This document shows positions 29,320 through 40,397 of a stretch of DNA of 64,000 nt, one piece after another. This stretch comes from an uncultured delta proteobacterium (lineage in GTDB: Bacteria > Myxococcota_A > Polyangia > Fen-1088): positions 19,344-83,343 of the forward strand of contig CAVWIP010000003.1 in assembly GCA_963755125.1 (NCBI GenBank), in the 5' to 3' direction. The position numbers were made by a program, and so were the translations under genes. The first letter of the stretch is position 1; each line of letters begins with the position of its first letter. The notes beneath the pieces are model-generated. The model ran no database searches. It was given only the letters and a program-made list of their open reading frames with translations, and was not told the origin of the DNA.

Positions 29320-30839
29320 TCCCTGGCGCGAGAGATCTGGGACGCGCCCTGCGCACGCTGGCCGGGCTGCGGCCCGTGCAGATCCTGGCGCGGCCGCCGC
29401 ACGCGCTGCTGTCCCGCATCCTGCGCGACCTGCCCGGCGGCCATGGCCCGGCCAGCCTGGCGTCCTGGCCCGAGCCGCCGGCTGAGCTGCGCGCCTTCGC
29501 CGAGGCGGAGAAGACCCGTAGCCGCCATCGTTTGGGCAGGCTGCCCGCGGGCTCGCTGCTGCGGGCCTACGAGGAACAGTACGGGCTGGAACTGGGCGCC
29601 GCGACCACAGGTCCGCCTGGCGCGTGGACAAGTGCGTGTGCGGTGCGCCCCTACCCCGCCTCGGTGCGCGCACGGCGGATTGCCGTGGCCATCCGGTGCG
29701 GCCGGCGCGATCTCGACGGCGAGCTGGCGCGCGCGGCCCGCGCCGTCCTCACGCAGATCGAGCTGCAGCTTCTGGGCAACCACCTGTTGGAAAACGGGCT
29801 GGGCCTGGCCTGCGCGGGTGCGGTCGCCCGGGGCGCCGAGGCCGACCTGTGGTGGGACGCGGGCCGGCACCTGCTCGACTGGCAACTCCCGCAGCAGTTT
29901 CTCCCTGACGGAGGACACTTCGAGCGCAGCGCCAGCTATCATCTGGCCCTGTGCGCGGGGCTGTGCGAAGCCGTCGCGCTGGCCAGCGCGGCCGGGCGAG
30001 CCGTGCCAGCCATCTGGCGGGAAACCGCCCGACGCGCCTTGGGCTGGGCCCAGGCGGTGCGTGCGCCTGACGGAAGCTATCCACTGTTCAACGATGCCTC
30101 GCTCGACGCCGGCCCGTCGGTTGACGAGGTGCTTGCCCTGGCTCGCGGCTGCGCTCTTGCTTCGACGGAGATCGGCTGCACCGACACGGCCGCCGCGACG
30201 CTGCGGGCGCTGCCCGACACCGGCTGGCTGATCTGCTCGTCGCCCAGCGCATGGCTGTGCCTGGATTCCGGGCCTGACGGGGCGCCCTACCAGGGCGGAC
30301 ACGTACACGCCGACGCCCTGACCTTCGAGCTGTGGATCGAGGGCGAGCGCGCGGTGGTCGACTACGGCGTGTCCAGCTACGGCCGGGACCCGGCCCGGGC
30401 CGAGACGCGCGCCACCCGCGTCCACAACACCGTGACCATCGCCGGCCAGGACTCCAGCGAGGTGTGGGCTGCCTTTCGCGTGGGCCGCCGTGCCCAGGCT
30501 CGCATCCTCGCGAGCGTTCTCACTCCCAACGGTGTGTCCATCGAGTGTGAACACGACGGGTACGCCTGGTTGCCCGGCCGGCCCGTGCACCGACGCCAGC
30601 TCGTCTTCACTGCCCGCGCGCTTGGCATCGACGATCACGTGGCCAGCGCCACGCCCTATCCTGCCCAATCCCGCCTGCGCCTCGCCGCCGACGCGCGCCT
30701 GAGCTGCGAGGGCGGCGCGATTGCGTCGTCGGAGGACCGATGGCACCCCGAGTTCGCCACGCCCCGGGCCGCCCGCGTGCTGACACAGACCGTGTCTGCC
30801 GACCCTACAGCAGGCGCGCACTGGCTGCTGCGCTGGTAG
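29316..30839 (+). CDS. Heparinase II/III-like protein
   Basis: LLGNHLLEN, PDGGHFERSASYH, PDG..PLFND, GHVHADALTFEL, R.T..HNTV, WAAFRV. Confidence 0.85.
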   Translation: MIPGARDLGRALRTLAGLRPVQILARPPHALLSRILRDLPGGHGPASLASWPEPPAELRAFAEAEKTRSRHRLGRLPAGSLLRAYEEQYGLELGAATTGPPGAWTSACAVRPYPASVRARRIAVAIRCGRRDLDGELARAARAVLTQIELQLLGNHLLENGLGLACAGAVARGAEADLWWDAGRHLLDWQLPQQFLPDGGHFERSASYHLALCAGLCEAVALASAAGRAVPAIWRETARRALGWAQAVRAPDGSYPLFNDASLDAGPSVDEVLALARGCALASTEIGCTDTAAATLRALPDTGWLICSSPSAWLCLDSGPDGAPYQGGHVHADALTFELWIEGERAVVDYGVSSYGRDPARAETRATRVHNTVTIAGQDSSEVWAAFRVGRRAQARILASVLTPNGVSIECEHDGYAWLPGRPVHRRQLVFTARALGIDDHVASATPYPAQSRLRLAADARLSCEGGAIASSEDRWHPEFATPRAARVLTQTVSADPTAGAHWLLRW

Positions 30840-30874
30840 AAGACGACTTTACTCGGCTGGCTTTCGGGGGCTAG

Positions 30875-33031
30875 ATGGTTCCCGTGCGGCAGATCTCACA
30901 GAACTACAAGACGGGCGAGCTGGCCATCGTACACGTGGCTGCTCCGCGCGCTTCGCACCGGGGCATCCTGGTCGAGACCCGGGTTTCGCTCATCTCCGCC
31001 GGAACCGAGCGCGCCATCGTGGACCTGGCGCGCAAGAGCCTTCTGGCCAAAGCGCGCGAGCGACCCGACCTGGTCAAGCGGGTCATCGAGAAGGCCCAGC
31101 GCGAGGGACCGCTGGCCGCGCTGGACGCGGTTCGCTCGCGACTGGATTTGCCCATCCCGCTCGGTTACTCGCTGGCTGGCTGCGTGCTCGAGGCAGGGCC
31201 CGAGGCGTCGGACTTTGCCCCGGGCGACCGCGTGGCCTGCGCGGGCGCCGGCTACGCCAACCACGCCGAGGTGAACGTCGTCCCACGCAACCTGACGGTC
31301 AAGATCCCCGACGGTGTTTCGGACGAGGAAGCATCCTTCGTCACGGTGGGCGCCATCGCCCTGCACGGCGTGCGCCTGGTCGAACCCACCCTGGGCGCGG
31401 TGGTGGCGGTGGTCGGTCTCGGCCTGATCGGCCAGATCGCGGCCTCGCTGCTTTCCGCCCACGGCTGCGACGTGGCGGGACTCGACGTCGATCCCGCCAA
31501 GGTGAAGCGCGCGCTCGATCGCGGCGCGGTTGCCGGGGCCGTCGTGGGCCAGGACGACTGCGCCGAGGTGGTGCGTGCCGCCTCCTCGGGCCGAGGCGCG
31601 GATGCCGTGGTCATCACCGCGTCGTCGGACACCAACGCCCCGCTGGTGCTGGCCGGTGATCTCGCGCGCGACCGCGCCCGCATCTCGGTGGTGGGTCTCT
31701 TGCCGCTGCAGATCCCGCGCAAGACCTACTACGAGAAGGAACTGTCGCTGCTGGTCTCGCGCAGCTACGGGCCGGGCCGCTACGATCCCGCCTACGAAGA
31801 GGGTGGCAGCGACTACCCCATCGGGTACGTGCGCTGGACCGAGGCGCGCAACCTCGAAGCCGTGTTGACCGCCATCGCGCGCAAACGGCTGGATGTGGCT
31901 TCACTGATCACGCATCGGTTCCCGTTCGAAAGCGCGCTCGCGGCCTACGAGGTCATCACCGGCGCGCGCATCGAGCCGCACCTGGGCGTGTTGCTCACCT
32001 ATCAGGGTGGGCAGCCGGCCGTCACCGCGACCCCCGCTGTCGCCCAGCCGCGCAGCGCGGGCGGCCCGCTCGGCGTGAGCATCGTAGGCACCGGCTCCTT
32101 TGCCACCTCGGTGCTGCTGCCTGCGCTGGCCAAAGTGAAGGGAGCCCGTTTGGATGCGGCGGTTTCGCGGCGTGGCCTTTCGGCGCGCCACGTGGCCAAT
32201 CGCTACGACGCCGAAGTGGCCGCGAGCCTGGACGAGCTGCTCAGCCGCCCATCGACAGAAGCCGTGATCATCGCCACCCGACACGATCTGCACGCTAGCC
32301 AGGCCGCGGCCGCGCTGGCCGCTGGCCGCGACGTCTTTTTGGAAAAGCCCGCCGCCACCACCGAGGAAGATCTGACAAAGCTGCTGGAGGCGGCGCGCGC
32401 ATCGGGCCGCCGCCTGATGGTGGGCTTCAATCGGCGCTTCGCGCCCTTCGCGCGCCAGCTCAAGGCGGCCTTCGAGGGACGGCGAGCCGGTCTGGTGATG
32501 ACCGCGCGGATCAACGCGGGTTTCGTGCCGCCGGGAAGCTGGGTCGTCGATCCGCACGAAGGCGGCGGACGCATCGTGGGCGAAATGTGCCACTTCATCG
32601 ACCTGTGCTCGTACTGGGCCGACGCACTTCCGGTGCGCGTGTCGGCCCATAGCATGGGCGGCCAGGGCGCCTACAGCGGCGAGGACAATCTGGTTGTCGG
32701 CCTGGAATTCGCCGACGGCAGCGTGGCCAGCCTGGTCTACACCTCGATGGGCGATCCCGCCGTGGGCAAGGAGATCTACGAGGTGACCTGCCAGCGCACC
32801 ATGGCCCGCATCGATGACTGGCGCGGCCTGTCCGTCACCCGGGGCAGCCACACGCGCGTCTCGCGCGCCCTGCGCGCGGACAAAGGACACGCCGAGGAAC
32901 TGCGCCGGTTCGTGCAGGCATGCCACAGCGGCCAGCCTTCGCCGATCTCCCTCGACAGCATCGCCGCCACCACGCGCGCCACCTTCGCCATCGAGCACGC
33001 CCGCCTGAGCCGCGCGTCCGTCGAGCTGTAG
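30875..33031 (+). CDS. Bi-domain oxidoreductase (Zn-dehydrogenase-like plus Gfo/Idh/MocA)
   Basis: SLISAGTE, LGYS, GLGLIG, SRSYGPGRYD, EKP, VGFNRRF, GE.CHFID; true start may be GTG 30884. Confidence 0.9.
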   Translation: MVPVRQISQNYKTGELAIVHVAAPRASHRGILVETRVSLISAGTERAIVDLARKSLLAKARERPDLVKRVIEKAQREGPLAALDAVRSRLDLPIPLGYSLAGCVLEAGPEASDFAPGDRVACAGAGYANHAEVNVVPRNLTVKIPDGVSDEEASFVTVGAIALHGVRLVEPTLGAVVAVVGLGLIGQIAASLLSAHGCDVAGLDVDPAKVKRALDRGAVAGAVVGQDDCAEVVRAASSGRGADAVVITASSDTNAPLVLAGDLARDRARISVVGLLPLQIPRKTYYEKELSLLVSRSYGPGRYDPAYEEGGSDYPIGYVRWTEARNLEAVLTAIARKRLDVASLITHRFPFESALAAYEVITGARIEPHLGVLLTYQGGQPAVTATPAVAQPRSAGGPLGVSIVGTGSFATSVLLPALAKVKGARLDAAVSRRGLSARHVANRYDAEVAASLDELLSRPSTEAVIIATRHDLHASQAAAALAAGRDVFLEKPAATTEEDLTKLLEAARASGRRLMVGFNRRFAPFARQLKAAFEGRRAGLVMTARINAGFVPPGSWVVDPHEGGGRIVGEMCHFIDLCSYWADALPVRVSAHSMGGQGAYSGEDNLVVGLEFADGSVASLVYTSMGDPAVGKEIYEVTCQRTMARIDDWRGLSVTRGSHTRVSRALRADKGHAEELRRFVQACHSGQPSPISLDSIAATTRATFAIEHARLSRASVEL

Positions 33032-34933
33032 CTATCCGGGCTGGTCCAGCGTCTCCTGGCACCACACCTCGAGCGACAGCAGCGCCCAGATCGGATACGC
33101 CAGATCCATCGCGTCGCTGTCGAACAGCCCCAGGATCTTGGCCACGCCCTCCGGCCGGAACAGCCCCCGTCGCCGCACCCGCGCGGGCGACAGCAGATCC
33201 ATGACCATGGGGCGCAGGCTGCCGCGCAGCCAGGACCGGATGGGGGCACCGAATCCGGTCTTGCTGCGCCTGGCGATCTCGGAGGGCAAGTGCCGCCGCG
33301 CCGCCCGCCGGAACACCAGCTTGGTGGATCGGCCGCGCAGCTTGTGTGCATGCGGCAGATCCATCACGTACTCGGCCAGATCGTTGTCGAGATAAGGCAC
33401 GCGCACCTCGACCGACGCGGCCATGGTCGCCTTGTCGGTGTAAAACAGGTTGTGGCTGGGTAAGTAGGCGGCCACGTCGAACGCCAGGCAGCCATCAAGC
33501 GGGTCGTTTGCGTTGGCCACGTCGACGGCGTCGCGAACCAGGGCTTGCATGTCCGGCCCGTCCCCCAGACCAAGCCCTTGCAAAAACTCCGGCTCCAGCC
33601 AGAGCGCGAAGGCCTCGCCCATCATGGTCGGATCGATGGGCACATTGGCCAGCGCCTTGCGAATCCGGCGCAGCAGGTGACGAGTCGCCAGGCTGTCCGA
33701 CGGCAAAAGCCCGACACCCTGCCGAGCCAGCGCCACCAGGCCCCGGCGCAACTCGGCCGGCACGCGATAGAACGGTCCCATCATGTGCGCGGCAAAGTGC
33801 CGCCGATAGCCGCCGGCAATCTCGTCCGCTCCCATGCCCGTCAGCAGAACCTTGCTGGTCGACGAGGCGGCCTTGGCAATCAAGTACGCGTTCAGGATGG
33901 CCGGATCCGCCGCCGGCTCGTCCATGGCCCGCATCACGGCGGGCAGCAGGCTCGTGGTATCCGGCTCCACGGTGTGGACGTGGATCTCCAGCCCCAGTCG
34001 CTCGGCCAGCAGGCGCGCGTATTCCACGTCCGGGTCGCCCAGATCGCGCCGGTCGTGCTCGCGGAAGGCGACGGTGTGGCAAGGCAACCGTTGGGCCCGC
34101 CGATGGGCCGCATGGGCCAGCAGCGACGAATCGATGCCGCCGCTCAGGAACAGCCCCACCGGCACGTCCGCAACCAGTTGGTGCTCGACCGCATCGTCGA
34201 TGAGCCTGTCCAGCACCCGATCGACCTCGATGTCCGGCTTGCGCGGACTGAAGCCGATGCGGTGGCGATGGTAGCGAACCGGCACGCGAGCCACGCCACG
34301 CTCGACCACCAGGGACTGGCCCGGGCCCAGGCGGGTCACCCCCTGCCACATGGAAAGGTGGTCCGGCACCCAGCCATAGCGCATGTAGGCCGACAGCGTG
34401 GCGCGGTTGATCTCTCGTGCCACCCATTTGGCCGCGGCCAGCGCCTTCACCTCCGACGCGAAGGCCAGGCCGTCGGGGGTTCTGGCAATGTGCAGCGGCT
34501 TGATGCCGAAGCGATCGCGCGCCAGCACGGCGCGCCGGGCGGGCGCATCCCAGATCACGAAGGCGAACATCCCGTTGAGGATCGAAACGAAATCGGGCCC
34601 GTGGTCCTCGTAGAGATGCACCAGCACCTCGGTGTCCGAGCGCGTGCGAAACACATGGCCACGGGCCTCGCACTGCCGGCGCAGTTCGCGGAAGTTGTAG
34701 ATCTCGCCGTTGAACAGCACGCCCACGTCGCCGGTCTCGTTGAAGATGGGTTGCTGCCCGCCTTCCAGATCGATGATGGCCAGGCGGCGCATACCGGCGG
34801 TGATCCCGGGGCGCATGAGCACGCCCTGGCCGTCGGGCCCGCGCCTCCAGATGGCGGCCAGCGCGTCCTCAAGCGGCTCGGCGTCGCCGGTCCGCTGGGG
34901 GTCGTTCCAGATCATTCCCACGATGCCGCACAT
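33032..34933 (-). CDS. asnB: Asparagine synthase-like glutamine amidotransferase (copy 1)
   Basis: MCGI, RGPD, RRLAIID, NGEIYN, DRFGIKP, LSGGIDSS, G.GADE, EVRVPYLD, K.GFG.P. Confidence 0.93.
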   Translation of the reverse strand: MCGIVGMIWNDPQRTGDAEPLEDALAAIWRRGPDGQGVLMRPGITAGMRRLAIIDLEGGQQPIFNETGDVGVLFNGEIYNFRELRRQCEARGHVFRTRSDTEVLVHLYEDHGPDFVSILNGMFAFVIWDAPARRAVLARDRFGIKPLHIARTPDGLAFASEVKALAAAKWVAREINRATLSAYMRYGWVPDHLSMWQGVTRLGPGQSLVVERGVARVPVRYHRHRIGFSPRKPDIEVDRVLDRLIDDAVEHQLVADVPVGLFLSGGIDSSLLAHAAHRRAQRLPCHTVAFREHDRRDLGDPDVEYARLLAERLGLEIHVHTVEPDTTSLLPAVMRAMDEPAADPAILNAYLIAKAASSTSKVLLTGMGADEIAGGYRRHFAAHMMGPFYRVPAELRRGLVALARQGVGLLPSDSLATRHLLRRIRKALANVPIDPTMMGEAFALWLEPEFLQGLGLGDGPDMQALVRDAVDVANANDPLDGCLAFDVAAYLPSHNLFYTDKATMAASVEVRVPYLDNDLAEYVMDLPHAHKLRGRSTKLVFRRAARRHLPSEIARRSKTGFGAPIRSWLRGSLRPMVMDLLSPARVRRRGLFRPEGVAKILGLFDSDAMDLAYPIWALLSLEVWCQETLDQPG

Positions 34934-35145
34934 GGGCTCTCCATAGGACAACTCGCCCACCGGCGGTCGAGGTCAGGGAAGAAACTCAGCAACGCCACGA
35001 GGCGCAGTCTAACCGATCCATCGTCGCCGACCACTGCCAAGGAAAAGATCCGGCTGTCCAACAACGGCCAGGTTTGACCGATGGCTGGTTCGGGACAGCT
35101 ACCGACGCCCCAGATCGGCCGTGGCGCGCGGCAGGCTCTCATGTG

Positions 35146-35184
35146 TATTCATGCTGTGAATGGTTATCATTCGTAACATGAATA
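35146..35184. promoter_or_regulatory. AT-rich nested inverted repeat (operator or hairpin)
   Basis: TATTCATG-ctgt-GAATG-gttat-CATTC-gtaa-CATGAATA. Confidence 0.45.
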
Positions 35185-35210
35185 GCCGCGAAGGCGACCG
35201 CAGGCCGCCC

Positions 35211-37085
35211 CTACCGGTCGCCCGCCAGATCCCCCTTCAGCCGCCGGCAGCAAGCCGCCAGCATGACCAGGGCAAACAGACGCGCTCCATTGGCCCGACC
35301 TGCCATGTGACCCACGATCTGCTCCTCGACCGTCGTGCGATCGATCGCGTCGGGCAAGTCCGCCAGCCGCCCGCGCACCGCCTCGGGACCTGCCTCGCGA
35401 AACCAGGCGTCGAGCGGTACGGAAAAGCCCTGCTTGCGATCGATGTCCAGCGCCGAGGGCAGCCACTCGCGCGCCAGGCGTCGTTCGAGGCGTCGGGTTT
35501 CCCGGCCGTCGCACTTCCACACCGACGGGATCTTGCTGAACGCGAATTCGACCAGGCTGGCGTCGAGAAAAGGCGCGCGCACCTCCAGCGAGTTCATCAT
35601 GCTCGCGCGGTCCACCTTGACCATGAAGTCATCCACCAGGGTGGTCGAAAAATCGAAGCGGCAGAGCGCCTGCACCGGATCCACGACGTCGGATAGCAAG
35701 GCCCGCGCGCCGCGCTCCGGCGCCAGCACATCGTCGCCCAGCGCGGCCCGCGCCTCGGGCGTCAGCAGACGGGAGCGCACCGCCCGATCGAAAAACGACG
35801 TGCCCCACACCCGCTGGAAAATCGGCCCCTCGCGCAGCGACACCAGCAGATTGCGCCCCTTGAGCCCCACCGGCAGCCGCGCCGCCGCGGCCGCTGTCGT
35901 CCGCCACAGCGATCGCGGCACCCGGCCCCAGCGACGGGAATCGCGGGCCGCGGCCCGGTAGTGGTTGTAGCCGGCGAACAGCTCGTCGCCGCCGTCGCCG
36001 CCCAGGGCGACCGTGACGTGCTGCCGAGTCAGCCGCGAGACCAGGAACGTCGGGATCAGCGACGAGTCCGCCAGCGGCTCGTCGAGAAATGCCGCCATGT
36101 CGTCCAGCACCGCCAGCGTCGCGCGATCGGCTGTCAGCTCGTGGTGGTCGGTGCCGAAGTGTCTGGCCACCAGAAGCGCGTAGGGCGATTCGTCGAACCC
36201 GGTGGCCGGCACGCGAATGGTGAACGTCTTCACCGGCGCATCCGACACACGTGCCGCAGCCGCGGTCACCAGGCTGGAATCCAGGCCGCCGCTCAGGAAA
36301 ACCCCCACCGGGACATCGGCGATCAGACGGCGGCGCACGGATTCGGACAGCAGGGCGGCCAGCTCCTCGGTCAAGACCTCGGGATCGCCCGCGCTGGGGG
36401 CCGCGCGGTCAGGCAAGGTCCACCAGGCCCAATGCCGCCACTGCCCGGTGGCCGGGGTGAACCGGGCCGCGTGGCCAGCGGGCAGCTTGGCCACGCCCCG
36501 CTGAAAACACAGCTCGCCCGGATAGCAACCGTAGGCCAGGTAGTGATTGAGGGCCGACAGGTCCAGCCCGCTGTCGTGACCCAGGGCCTTCAGCTCCGAG
36601 GCGAAGCGCAGGCACGTCCCTTCGCGGACGTAGTAAAGCGGCTTCTTGCCCACGCGATCCCGCGCGAGAAACAGCGACGGCGGCGTGTCGCTGCTACCGC
36701 TGTCGTAGATGGCAAAGGCGAACATGCCGTTCAGGCGCGCCAGGCAGGCTTCGCCCCAGCGCTTGTACGCCTCCAGCAGCACCTCGGTGTCGCTGCGCCC
36801 CCGGAACGCCACGCCGTCGGCCTCCAGTTCCGCGCGCAGCTCGACGAAATTGTAGATCTCGCCGTTGAACACGATCACCCAGCGCCCGCTGGCATCGACC
36901 ATGGGCTGGGCGCCGGTCGGGCTCAGGTCGATGATCGACAGCCGGCGATGGCCGAGCAGCACGTCGCGCGGCCTGTCCTGCCAGAACCCGCTGCCGTCGG
37001 GACCGCGATGGCGAAGCCGGTCGAGCCGCGCCGCGAATGCCTCGCGCGTCGCCCCGGTCCCGATCCAGCCCAAGATTCCACACAT
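35211..37085 (-). CDS. asnB: Asparagine synthase-like glutamine amidotransferase (copy 2)
   Basis: MCGI, HRGPD, HRRLSIID, NGEIYN, LSGGLDSS, GDGGDELFAGY, EVRAPFLD, KQGF. Confidence 0.93.
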   Translation of the reverse strand: MCGILGWIGTGATREAFAARLDRLRHRGPDGSGFWQDRPRDVLLGHRRLSIIDLSPTGAQPMVDASGRWVIVFNGEIYNFVELRAELEADGVAFRGRSDTEVLLEAYKRWGEACLARLNGMFAFAIYDSGSSDTPPSLFLARDRVGKKPLYYVREGTCLRFASELKALGHDSGLDLSALNHYLAYGCYPGELCFQRGVAKLPAGHAARFTPATGQWRHWAWWTLPDRAAPSAGDPEVLTEELAALLSESVRRRLIADVPVGVFLSGGLDSSLVTAAAARVSDAPVKTFTIRVPATGFDESPYALLVARHFGTDHHELTADRATLAVLDDMAAFLDEPLADSSLIPTFLVSRLTRQHVTVALGGDGGDELFAGYNHYRAAARDSRRWGRVPRSLWRTTAAAAARLPVGLKGRNLLVSLREGPIFQRVWGTSFFDRAVRSRLLTPEARAALGDDVLAPERGARALLSDVVDPVQALCRFDFSTTLVDDFMVKVDRASMMNSLEVRAPFLDASLVEFAFSKIPSVWKCDGRETRRLERRLAREWLPSALDIDRKQGFSVPLDAWFREAGPEAVRGRLADLPDAIDRTTVEEQIVGHMAGRANGARLFALVMLAACCRRLKGDLAGDR

Positions 37086-37249
37086 GGCTAGCCCTATCCA
37101 GGCGGCGATGCGATCCGACGCAGCCGAGCGGCGAGACACCCCTGCAGGACGGACAGCGACGGCGACGTGGGCGGCAGCAGGAACTCGGACGGCAGCATGG
37201 CGCCGGTACAGTATACGCAAGGCCTCCCGCGCGCGCGAGCCGGCGCGCT

Positions 37250-37519
<270 letters not shown>

Positions 37520-37693
37520 TCGCTGCTACGATTCATACGTTGGGCCGACAGCTCTTAAGGACCAGCCTCGGGTCACACGCAGGCGCTGGTTGAACTCACG
37601 CTCGATGACGTGCGCGCGATCGACGACGACGATCTCATCTCCGTTCGTCGCAACTGAAGCTGTGGTGCGGGGCCGGTCGCCCTTCGTCGCGGG

Positions 37694-38646
<953 letters not shown>

Positions 38647-38650
<4 letters not shown>

Positions 38651-40146
38651 TGGGGCTCCTCTTTTCGTGGTTCGAGGATCGCGATGAGCGAAAGCGGCGG
38701 GAGTGGCAAGCACTGGTCGATACGACGAAACACAGGCATGAGCGTGTTCAGTGCGAAGATCTGTCCGAGGCCGAAAACTCTTCGCTTGAGAACCTTGCCA
38801 TTGAGCCACCAGGCCGCCCAGCCCGCGCGGTTAAAGAGAATCGTCTCCCGCACAGTGAACCCCGCCTGGTCCGCGACTCGCTGAAGCGACTCCAGTGTGT
38901 AGCGGCGTTTATGACCCACAACCTCGTCGAGCGTGCCAAGAATCTGTGGGCCATTCGGAACCAGGACGATGGCGCGACCGCCGGGCGCGAGCACCCGGCG
39001 GATGTTCTCCAGCGCAGCCTGATCGTCGTCGACGTGTTCGATCACGTTCAGGCAGACCACCGTATCAAAGCCCCCGGGAACCTGGGGAAAAGTCTCGGCC
39101 TTGGTCACGTCGGTCGCGGCTACGCGAAGATAGGGCCGGTCGTGGGTGAGACCCCTGAGCGAATCCAGATACAACGGGCTGGAATCCGTCGCCACGTACA
39201 ATTCGCGTGGGACCAGCTCGCGCGTCAGGTTCCCCGTCCCGCTGCCGATCTCGAGCACACACTGCCCACAGTACGGCCGCACAACATCCCCCATCCAGGC
39301 ATTGAAGCGTGGCGCGTGTGAAAGGCGGTTGCGGGTGTGGGAGCCGTGCTCATCCGCCGTGAACAGGTTGTCGCTGATCCCAAAGCGCAGGATGGCCGAC
39401 AAGGCCCCGACGCCGTCGCGCCAGTTTATCTTCTTGCCCTCCTGGTAGGTGCGGCCAGCGTAGCTGATGGGAACCTCGAAAATGCGGGCCTCACGCTTGG
39501 CCAGCTTGATGACCAGCTCCGGCTCGAGACGGAAGTCGTTCGACACGAGCGGGATCGAGCGCAGGAGGTCGGTGCGGACTGCTTTGTAGCAACTCTCGAT
39601 GTCGGTCAGATTCAGGTTGGTCACGCAGTTGGTGAGAAAGGTGATCAGCCGATTCCCGATCTCGTGATGAAAAAGCAACGCCCGGCGGACATCGCTGCCC
39701 GCAAAGCGCGAACCGAGAACCGCGTCCGCCCTCTCTTCCAGAAAGACCCTGACGATCCGATCGAGATCGCGTGGGTCGTATTCCAAGTCCGCGTCGTGGA
39801 TGACCGTGATGGCACATTGGGCGTGTGCCAGCGCCGTACGGATCGCGCACCCCTTGCCGCCGTTACGCACGTGCCTGAGGAACATCCAGTCGATCTTGCC
39901 CGCGCGACCCGTCGCTGTGAGTGAGGCCCCGTCCACCGGGGCGGCGTCATCTCGCCAGGCCAGCCCACGCGTGGTTGTAAAGCTGCGCAGCTCTTCGCGC
40001 GTACGGTCCGTCGAGCAATCATCCACCACGATGACCTGGATCTGCTCCAGATGGGGTGACGATTCCAGGACGCCCAGCCGGGCCAACGAAGCAGCGACCA
40101 AGTGCTGCTCGTTGTACACGGGTACCAGCACAGAGAGCGATGTCAT
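38647..40146 (-). CDS. GT2 (polyprenol-phosphate glycosyltransferase type) fused to class I SAM methyltransferase
   Basis: [33 protein letters not shown]; then [17 protein letters not shown]...GH.RRY. Confidence 0.9.
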
Positions 40147-40397
40147 ACGGAGCTTTCGTATAGCAGCGAAGTCCAGGGGAACAAAGAACTTTCGCCGGCC
40201 GCGTAAGGTTGATTCCGTCGGAGAAACCCCGGGACCGGTGAGGACCACCCTAAACCGCATTCGCAAGTGCCTCGGAATGACAAGTCGGGGTTCCAATAGT
40301 GGGGCCTGGTCCTTCCGATGAACGAGGTCTTTTCACGAGAACACACCGGCAGAAAGCACGCTAGAAGACGCAGCCTGGAGCGAACCAGCCCTTCCCA

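Noticed and set aside
37560..37690. Possible GT2 fragment (GDEIVVVD on minus strand); similar hints at 52270-52480, 57390-57690 and 59950-60070
   Set aside because: Motifs too short to call without a translated homology search.
40240..40320. Possible IS terminal repeat remnant
   Set aside because: Only vague resemblance; no partner repeat, target duplication or transposase fragment.
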